A DNA stretch of 64,000 nt from Macrostomum lignano (Eukaryota), in assembly GCA_002269645.1 (NCBI GenBank), contig NIVC01000029.1, forward strand, positions 992,001-1,056,000, read 5' to 3'. A model generated the notes under the pieces. The model did not search any database, was not told the origin of the DNA, and saw only the letters and a program-made list of their open reading frames with translations. Shown piece after piece: positions 54,250-64,000 of the stretch (position 1 is the stretch's first letter; every line of letters starts with the position of its first letter). Made by a program: the position numbers and the translations under genes.

Positions 54250-56210
54250 CATGACACCTTTCATGTCTGACATGACGCTTCTTTTATTCTACCATGATGC
54301 TTCTTGATTTTTTAAATGACACTTTCATTAGTTTTTAATGAGGCTTCTATGATTTTTTCATGACGCTTCTATTTACATGAAGCTTCTATGATTTTTTCAT
54401 GACACTCCTATGATTTCTTCATGACGCTTCAATGATTTTTACATGACGCTTCTATAATTGTTTACATGACGCTTCTATGATTTTTTTAAATGACGCTTCT
54501 ATGAGTTTTATATGACGCTTCTATGCTTTTTACATGACGCTTCTATGATTGTTTACATGACGCTTCTATGATTTTTTACATGACGCTTCTATGATTGTTT
54601 ACATGACGCTTCTATGATTGTTTACATGACGCTTCTATGATTTTTTTAAATGACGCTTCTATGAGTTTTACATGACGCTTCTATGATCGTTTACATGACG
54701 CTTCTATGATTTTTTTAAATGACGCTTCTATGCTTTTTACATGACGCTTCTATGATTTTTTACATGACGCTTCTATGATTGTTTACATGACGCTTCTATG
54801 ATTGTTTACATGACGCTTCTATGATTTTTTTAAATGACGCTTCTATGAGTTTTACATGACGCTTCTATGATCGTTTACATGACGCTTCTATAATTTTTTT
54901 AAATGACGCTTCTATGATTGTTTACATGACGCTTATATGATTTTTAACATGACGCTTCTATGATTGTTTACATGACGCTTCTATGATTGTTTACATGACG
55001 CTTCTATGATTTTTACATGACGCTTCTATGATTGTTTACATGACACTTCTATGATTTTTACATGACGCTTCTATGATTTTTTACATGACGCTTATATGAT
55101 TTTTAACATGACGCTTCTATGATTGTTTACATGACGCTTCTATGATTTTTTACATGACGCTTCTATGATTGTTTACATGACACTTCTATGATTTTTACAT
55201 GACGCTTCTATGATTTTTTACATGACGCTTCTATGATTTTTTTAAATGACGCTTCTATAATTGTTTACATGACGCTTCTATGATTTTTTCATGACACTCC
55301 TATGATTTTTTCATGACGCTTCTATGATTGTTTACATGACGCTTCTATGACTTTTTAGATGACGCTTCGATGATTGTTTACATGACGCTTCTATGATTTT
55401 TTACATGACGCTTCTATGATTTTTTACATGACGCTTCTATGATTGTTTACATGACGCTTCTATGATTTTAGATGACGCTTATATTATTTTTAACATGACG
55501 CTTCTATGATTGTTTACATGACGCTTTTATGATTTTTTACATGACGCTTCTATGATGGTTTACATGACGCTTCTATGATTTTTTACATGACACTTCTATG
55601 ATGGTTTACATGACGCTTCTATGATGGTTTACATGACGCTTCTATGATTTTTTACATGACGCTTCTATGATTTTTACATGACTTTTCTATGATTGTTTAC
55701 ATGACGCTTCTATGATTTTAGATGACGCTTATATGATTTTTAACATGACGCTTCTATGATTGTTTACATGACGCTTCTATGATTTTTTCATGACGATTCT
55801 ATGATTTTTTACATGACGCTTCTATGATTTTTTACATGAGGCTTCTATGATTTTTTTTCATGACGCTTCTATGATTGTTTACATGACGCTTCTATGATTT
55901 TTTACATGACGCTTCTATGATTTTTTACATGACGCTTCTATGATTTTTTACATGACTTTTCTATGATTGTTTACATGACGCTTCTATGATTTTAGATGAC
56001 GCTTATATTATTTTTAACATGACGCTTCTATGATTGTTTACATGACGCTTCTATGATTTTTTACATGACGCTTCTATGATGGTTTACATGACGCTTCTAT
56101 GATTTTTTACATGACACTTCTATGATGGTTTACATGACGCTTCTATGATGGTTTGCATGACGCTTCTATGATTGTTTACATGACGCTTCTATGATTTTTT
56201 TACATGACGC
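54250..56210. repeat. 23-bp satellite B (ACATGACGCTTCTATGATTGTTT)n
   Basis: Visible tandem units. Confidence 0.95.
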
Positions 56211-57129
56211 CTTTTGTCCTTTATTTGTCCTTGAATAAAAGCTTTTAATAAAAAACTTTCCACTACTAAGATTCGAACCCAGGTCGCTGCATTTGCAGTC
56301 CAGTCTGTTCACATCTAGGCTGGCTCTTATCGAATTTATAAATGAAATTGTAGCACTTATATAATTCAACACTTACTCACGAAGCAGTTATGACATAATC
56401 AATTTCCCAGGCAAGTCAGTATCAGTCTCAATTAAAGTTGAGAATATGGTTACGCAATCTAAATCAAGTCTGGTGCTACGCTTCCACACCGCATTTTCAA
56501 TACTGCGACGCAATTCAAGCTGGAGTTACAATTCAGCTATGATGCAATCTATTTCAGAATCAGAATTCAACCAGTCAGTTTTTTCTCTAGCATTCTTACA
56601 ATGCATTTCAAGTCGAAAAGTTTGCTTGATTTTTCCAAAAAGCATGTTTTTCGAATATTTAATCGCTTTAACATGGAGCAATTTCTTAGCCAAGATGCAT
56701 GTGCCGTCACGGGAAAATTTCTGATCGAACAGTGCAAGTCTCATGAAAATCGGTCCAGCCATTTTTTCTCCAATCGATTGCGTACAAACTCTAGAGCGTT
56801 ATGGACATTCATTCATTCAAGCATACAAACCTTAGAGATTTAGTATATTTAGATTTCTGGAATCTATCTCACAGAGACACACAACTCATTTTTAGTATAT
56901 GGGACAAGCAAGCATACAAATATTAGAGATTTAGTATATTTGGATAACTAATATTTTCCGGAGCGTATGCTGAAATTAAATGAAATGAGACGCAGTCGTA
57001 TTAACTGAGGGAGACATTTTTCAATGAATTAATTTTTGACGATCAAAATTTCTTCAGTTATTGTTTGAGTATTTATAAGATTAAAATTTCTCAAACGGTT
57101 GTTAGTTCTGCATAGCAATTGTTAGTTAG

Positions 57130-60100
57130 TTATTACTCATAGCAGTGCCACGTGTACGCATAGTAACCCCTTGGTAATTTTATCAGCAGGGACTTCAAAC
57201 ATCTGCATCTACGGCCATTGATCTCTTGAACAGATCCCGTCGGGTAGTACAACTTGCCAAGTTTGTCAGACTGGGTCCGAATGAGGGCGCAGCCGGCCCA
57301 TCCGCAGCGCCACCGCAATCTTGCTCTTCGATGCGCCCTCACGTAAACGTATTTGCATTGACAACCCTTGATGCCTCTATTGATCTCCAGACCCCAGGCC
57401 AAGCACTCTTTATTCTCGAAGTCATCAAAAATTAGGGCATCAGAAGCAGTAGAGGCAGCTGCAGAAATGAAGGCAATGGATTGCTAACCTATATCTGTTG
57501 TCGATTGACTCAAGCGCTTAAAGTGCTAAAATAAATCTCTTCGTTGAAATAGTCAGTTTTATTCTAGATAAAAAATCGTTGAAATAAGGAAATTTAGTAA
57601 AAAAATTCAGTATGACGATTCGGTTTTTTACTTTGTAGCATAATTAAGAAAAAATAGGTTCAGTTGATATTATTTATTCGAATCGTTTCTGCCTTTCCAG
57701 TGGTTCATATCTACGTTGAAGAATGACTTTCTACTGAAAAATATTGTTGCGGATACTCTGCATGGAAGCTACATGGGAATACGAAAACAATAGATTATTA
57801 GGATATAAATTTAGGAATTGAAGCTGATTAAGATAAAAAATTCAGGGGCATTTTACAGCAAGATGGAATCAAACCCGGTCGATAATGTCTGGATCTTATA
57901 TGAATTCGATGGATTACACCCATTAGCTAGTAGGCTGAACAGGACTTCTACTAATGAAGCCAGACACGTCCATGATGGTCTCCTTTTAATGTTAAATAAT
58001 TATAGAATATTTGGCGTTATACTGATATTAATATTGGCGCATAATTTTTGTTGCATTTTTATTCTCCGAAAGAACACTTTTCAAATTAAAAGTGTGGGCG
58101 ATTTCTCTTATTTACTGAGTATTCATAGAACCATTGCTTAAGCTTTGAAAAGCAGTATAACAAAACATTGTATACCATTCAATGTACATGTGTATCACGC
58201 AATTTCTCGAATTGCATAATTGCTAATCCACATCAATACCATTTGTACAATAAAACAAGAAGCATCAAAGTAAATTAAGCTGCAGTGGCTAACACCTTTT
58301 ACGAGTAGTATCCAGTTACAACCACCAGGTTCTAAAGTGACTCGACACCGCAGTGTCTTTCACCAAAGTGTCTCGCACCGCAGGGTCCAGCACCGAAGTG
58401 TCTTTCACCAAAGTGTCTGGCACCGCAGGGTCCAGCACCGAAGTGTCTTTCACCAAAGTGTCTGGCACCGCAGGGTCCAGCACCGAAGTGTCTTTCACCA
58501 AAGTGTCTGGCACCGCAGGGTCCAGCACCGAAGTGTCTTTCACCAAAGTGTCTGGCACCGCAGGGTCCAGCACCGAAGTGTCTTTCACCAAAGTGTCTGA
58601 CACCGCAGGGTCCGGCACCGAAGTGTCTGGCATCGAAGTGTCTGGCACCGAAGTGTCTTTCACCGAAGTGTCTGGCATCAAAGCATCTGGCACTGAAGTG
58701 TCTGGCATCGAAGTGTCTGGCACCGAAATGTCTGTTACTGAAGTGTCTGGCACCAAAGTGTCTGGCATCGAAGTGTCTGGCACCGAAGTGTCTTTCACCG
58801 AAGTGTCTGGCATCGAAGCATCTGGCACTGAAGTGTCTGGCATCGAAGTGTCTGGCACCGAAATGTCTGTTACTGAAGTGTCTGGCACCAAAGTGTCTGG
58901 CACCGAAGTGTCTGGCGCCGAAGTGTCTGGCACCAAAGTGTCTGGCACCGAAGTGTCTGGCACCGAAGTGTCTGGCGCCGAAGTGTCTTGCACCGAAGTG
59001 TCTGGCACCGCAGTGTTTGGCACCGAAGTGTCTGCGGCATCGAATAGAATCGAAGTGTCAGGCACCGAAGTATGTCACCGAAGTGTCTGGCATCGAAGCA
59101 TCTGGCACCGAAGTGTCTGGCACCGAAGTGTCTGGCACCGAAGCGTCTGGCGCCGAATTGTCTGGCACCGCAGTGTCTGGAATCGAAGTGTCAGGCACCG
59201 AAGTATGTCACCGAAGTGTCTGGCATCGAAGCATCTGGCACCGAAGTGTCAGGCATCCAAGTGTCTGGCACCGAAGTGTCTGGCAACGAAGTGTCTGGCA
59301 CCGAAGTGTCTGGCACCGAAGTGTCTTGCACCGAAGTGTCTGGCACCGAATTGTCTGGCACCGCAGTGTCTGGAATCGAAGTGTCAGGCACCGAAGTATG
59401 TCACCGAAGTGTCTGGCATCGAAGTATGTCACCGAAGTGTCTGGCATCGAAGTGTCAGGCATCCAAGTGTCTGGCACCGAAGTGTCTGGCAACGAAGTGT
59501 CTGGCACCGAAGTGTCTGGCACCGAAGTGTCTTGCACCGAAGTGTCTGGCACCGAATTGTCTGGCACCGCAGTGTCTGGAATCGAAGTGTCAGGCATCCA
59601 AGTGTCTGGCACCGAAGTGTCTGGCAACGAAGTGTCTGGCACCGAAGTGTCAGGCACCGAAGTATGTCACCGAAGTGTCTGGCATCGAAGCATCTGGCAC
59701 CGAAGTGTCTGGCATCGAAGTGTCAGGCATCCAAGTGTCTGGCACCGAAGTGTCTGGCAACGAAGTGTCTGGCACCGAAGTGTCTGGCACCGAAGTGTCT
59801 TGCACCGAAGTGTCTGGCACCGCAGTGTCTGGCACCGAAGTGTCTTGCACCGAAGTGTCTGGCATCGAAGCATCTGGCACCGAAGTGTCTTGCACCGAAG
59901 TGTCTGGCACCGCAGTGTCTGGCATCGAAGTGTCTGGCACCGAAGTGTCTGGGGCTAAAGTGTCTGGCATCGAATTGTCTGGCACCGCAGTGTCTGGAAT
60001 CGAAGTGTCAGGCACCGAAGTATGTCACCGAAGTGTCTGGCATCGAAGCATCTGGCACCGAAGTGTCTGGCATCGAAGTGTCAGGCATCCAAGTGTCTGG

Positions 60101-62850
60101 CACCGAAGTGTCTGGCACCGAAGTGTCTGGCACCGAAGTGTCTTGCACCAAGGGGCTTTAGCACCAAGGGGCTTTAGCACCAAGGGGCTTTAGCACCAAG
60201 GGGCTTTAGCACCAAGGGGCTTTAGCACCAAGGGGCTTTAGCACCAAGGGGCTTTAGCACCAAGGGGCTTTAGCACCAAGGGGCTTTAGCACCAAGGGGC
60301 TTTAGCACCAAGGGGCTTTAGCACCAAGGGGCTTTAGCACCAAGGGGCTTTAGCACCAAGGGGCTTTAGCACCAAGGGGCTTTAGCACCAAGGGGCTTTA
60401 GCACCAAGGGGCTTTAGCACCAAGGGGCTTTAGCACCAAGGGGCTTTAGCACCAAGGGGCTTTAGCACCAAGGGGCTTTAGCACCAAGGGGCTTTAGCAC
60501 CAAGGGGCTTTAGCACCAAGGGGCTTTAGCACCAAGGGGCTTTAGCACCAAGGGGCTTTAGCACCAAGGGGCTTTAGCACCAAGGGGCTTTAGCACCAAG
60601 GCAAATGCACTAAATGCAAAATTCTAAAAATGCTTGGCAAGTTTTCTGAGAACTGTAAAATCACACTAAATCAAATAAGCACAACTATAAAGCTATTTCC
60701 AATCGGCCGAGTATGGCAAGCTTGCGGTTTCTAGAATTAGTAAGGCTTACTTTAAACAGCAGTAGAAGTTATCTTTGCCAGTTTACAGTCTGCAGCCCTT
60801 CACAATACTTCTTAGTGTCATTTTTAGCTTTTGACCGGAATTAATAAATTATAATCTACTTATATATAAATAAAGTTACTATCTGTGCAAGCATTGGCAA
60901 CTAAATTTACTGATATCATCAATGAACACGTTGCACCAGTTTCACGGCTTCGAATATATCTAGAAAAGCGCTGCCGAACGAAAATAACAACAATTTAATA
61001 TTCTCTCACTCAGTTCTCGGAACTGCATCAGTCGAAAACATTGTCAGCTAGGGTTGAATTTAAATATGAATCGACTTATATCGTTCTCATGGATCTGGGT
61101 GACTGCATTGGTCATAACATTTCTTGGATCAGTGAGTTGTCAAAGATGTAAGTACATGTGTATAAGCTGCAGTGGTGTTGGTGTCTAAAACTGTTTCAAT
61201 AATACGATTAACAAGGACAGTAGGAACCCTGTCGCAGCGCCTTCGGTGACATCGTCCCACAAGGACAATTTTGCACATTTCTCTGACTCCTAAGCACATA
61301 CAAGTTCCCCAATACTCTGTACGCAGACACAGCACTCATACACGCTGCCACAGGGTGTACAGCGGTCCCCTGACTTTCTAATCGTCAGGCATGTACACTC
61401 CCTGTGCCTTGGGGGCTGGCCCTTGTGGGTCTGAATCTTCGTGCGCAAGCCCCAAATGAATGTGAATGTGGCGACAGAGTCAGACGAGTTTACCACTGAG
61501 CGGCTCTGACTATACTATGCGTGTTTTGCCGTGTCTAAAGTGACATTTGCAACATTTCAGGCCGAATTGAAGTCAGGAAAGGCTCCATTGAACGCTCCTG
61601 GCAGTCGTCGATTTTGGAAAACGATAGGTCGAAATATTGCTTTTACAAGCGGCCCGTTGGTGGTGACCAAGTCGGCAGCTACAAATATTTGCACACAGAG
61701 GAGGGCAAAAACGGAAATGATGCGGGAGCCGATGCAGGGTTTCACTGGTTTGTGATAAAGCTAAAGAAGCCTGAACTAATCAGCTCTGTGAATGTCAAAG
61801 TCAGAAGTGAGTCTTGCTTGCAAAATTTGTGAATAAACTTTCAAATCAGGCTTTTTAACGTTTTTATTTCATCAATTTTCTTAACAGCCTTAAGCCAGAC
61901 AGAACTTACGAATTATGGAGACGATTTAAACGCTCGAGCCGCAGACATTGAGATCTGGACGTCTCAGACGGACCTGGATTTCGGGTCGGAGCACTGCAAC
62001 TCAAAGAGCATCAGCTCTGTGTATGATAATGCAGTGAGCGAGACATGGGAGTTTTGCGGCAAAACGCCAACAAATGTTTCTCATGGAGAAACACTGACAG
62101 TTCCTTGTATCAGGGATCAGGTAACAATTTTTTGCGTGAAGTTTAAATAGAGTAGAAATGATTCAATTTTATCCACCATATTGTGACCCCGAGAAAAGAC
62201 ACTAAACTCTGTATTGCTTCAGCTGTAAAATGGGTGCCAGCATTAGCTGGGGTAATTGAGGGTGTGTGGGCGACCCCTCAGTCCTTGGACTGAACAGCCG
62301 TACGCAGCCTTCAGATGCGCCGCGCAATAGCTGCGGCTGAGCTGTCGGTTGCACATCTGGCCCAAATGGGGTAGGTGTAAATATTTAATTAATTACTTAT
62401 TATTATTTATCAGGTTCAGATAATACTACTTCGAAAATATGTCGCCAATGAAACTGTGCCACAAAGACAGTGCATGAACTTTGTCGATATGTGGATCGGC
62501 CTCCATGGCGTTCAAAGTGAGTCGCTATATAAATTTAAAATCTTAAGATAGTTCCCATCCAATGTACCGCTAATCATATCTGATCTCATCCAGCTGATTT
62601 TCAAACATTGAACGGATCTTCAATTGGACAAGTGAAACAGAACTCAAGTGTGACAGTGAGCTGCCAATCAAACTGCTCAATAAATACCTCACTGATCACT
62701 CTGACTCGAAATGACGAGAATCGAACTCTTGCAAACGGAAGCCAGGCTTATGAGATTTCGCATGTGCAACCATCAGATGCGGGAAACTACACCTGCAGAG
62801 CAGGTGGTGTCGTGTTGAGCTCCAAGTATCTTCGCGTGCTGTGTGAGTTG
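57130..62850 (+). repeat. Segmental duplication, copy 2 (upstream region + exons 1-5 of G)
   Basis: Near-identical to 27280-32230 plus 37557-38030; lacks the LTR element. Confidence 0.9.
58343..60601. repeat. Expanded 15-bp (CACCGAAGTGTCTGG)n array fused directly to a 16-bp (AGCACCAAGGGGCTTT)n array
   Basis: 15-mer about 58343-60145; 16-mer 60146-60601. Confidence 0.95.
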
Positions 62851-64000
62851 ATGCACTTAAAAGGGATTAGGCTCAAGACTGTTTATATGTTTAATGTATG
62901 AAACAAATTTAAGAAGTGAGCATTATCTGAGACGTACTAAATAAACATGAAATTCTAATTTTAACTAATACATTTGCGTAACTTCCAGTATGCTAACTAC
63001 ATCAAGCTCGGAGCCACTTTTTAAAGATTTCTTTTATACCATTAATTGACTAGTTGCATCACTATTTTAGCCCCTCTTATTATTCTTGGTAAACTATAAC
63101 TTCTTATAATTAAAAAACTCTACCGTATTTCAGATCCTCCGATGGACCTTACAATCGGGATAGTCAAGTCCTGCAACTGCGACACCAACTCTGCCAGCCA
63201 ACTGCTGACTTTCGAGTTCAAGTCATCCGAGTCAGAGCCAGTAGCGAATCACAGCTGCTCTGTGAATGGCAATCTTTCAAATGAAATTAACGCCACTGTT
63301 GCTGTCACAGCCGAGGAATTGAACAACTCTTTTGACAACGGTTCAGTGAAAAAAATCCAGTTGGACCTGCTATGACTGTTGTACAGCCATCGGCTTGTCG
63401 AATTTAACTATAAATTGCACGGCTGTTCAGTCAGGAGTGCCCTGGCATTCGACCATCACCGAAATTCTTTCAATATCTAGATGTGGTACGCAAGTCCTTT
63501 ACGTCTCGCAAGTCATGACGGACTTAAAATACGCATTGGAGAAATATTACACTGTAGTATATAAATAAATAAAAATCTTTGACACGTTTAGCAGGGACTA
63601 CGTGTAGTACAGTATCTAACGTCAGTGGAAAACTATCTGGGTAAAATAAGGATAGACTAGAGTATTACTCGTATTTTTATACTTACGCTCGTATTTAGGA
63701 TTTTTAGTTGAGATTTTTAGCCACACTGAACACTGTAAAATATTCAGAGACGAAGTCGGTTGGCTCGAAACAGCAGAAAGAACCCTTATGGTTGGCATTC
63801 GTCTTAACCGTATCGACAGTGGTTGCGGTGGGCGTTCTTGCTCTAGCGATCATCTACCAGATGAGAAAGGTGAATTCCAATGAATTTCTTATAACGATCT
63901 TGTACTGAAATTTACACAGAAGTTTTAAATTATTTTATAAACTTTAGAAGCCGGCAGTTCAGGTGCAACCGCAAAAGTCTCAGGAAGTTGAAACTAAGCC
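61066..64000 (+). CDS. Receptor paralog G (runs off the window): SP - F-type-lectin-like - Ig - Cys-rich/FN3-like (+1 frameshift in an A7 run) - TM - tail start
   Basis: Exons 61066-61147, 61561-61806, 61888-62120, 62414-62516, 62594-62842 (Ig), 63134-63485 (352 nt; frameshift at 63349-63355), 63721-63869 (TM LWLAFVLTVSTVVAVGVLALAIIYQMRK) and 63948 onward. Confidence 0.78.

Overview
AT-rich, intron-containing, repeat-dense animal DNA. The TTAGGG telomere motif and GT-AG introns of about 60-110 nt fit an invertebrate such as a free-living flatworm, but the taxon is only a guess. Once exons are spliced by hand, the window holds a tandem cluster of seven paralogous type-I membrane receptor loci that the ORF track shows only as fragments: A (partial), B, C, D (minus strand), pseudogene E, F and G (partial). 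The complete models start with a signal peptide and a three-exon F-type-lectin-like (fucolectin/FTLD) domain; A shows only the last lectin exon. An optional Ig domain and/or a Cys-rich FN3-like domain follows, then one TM helix and a tyrosine-motif tail. B and C end in CxYxx[V/L] plus TEYLxI (ITIM-like + ITSM), closely resembling CD33-related Siglec tails. B/D and F/G are pairs with near-identical 5' ectodomain exons but unrelated TM and tail exons, and their differences cluster in predicted sugar-binding loops. This looks like an undescribed, rapidly evolving lectin-Ig 'paired receptor' cluster, possibly for immunity or self/non-self recognition (inference). Between the genes lie a very young Ty3/gypsy LTR element carrying a nested 9-bp-TSD foldback MITE, an apparently intact 8.7-kb CMC/EnSpm transposon carrying a nested mariner, several MITEs, SINEs, minisatellites, two related 23-bp satellites and an interstitial telomere array.
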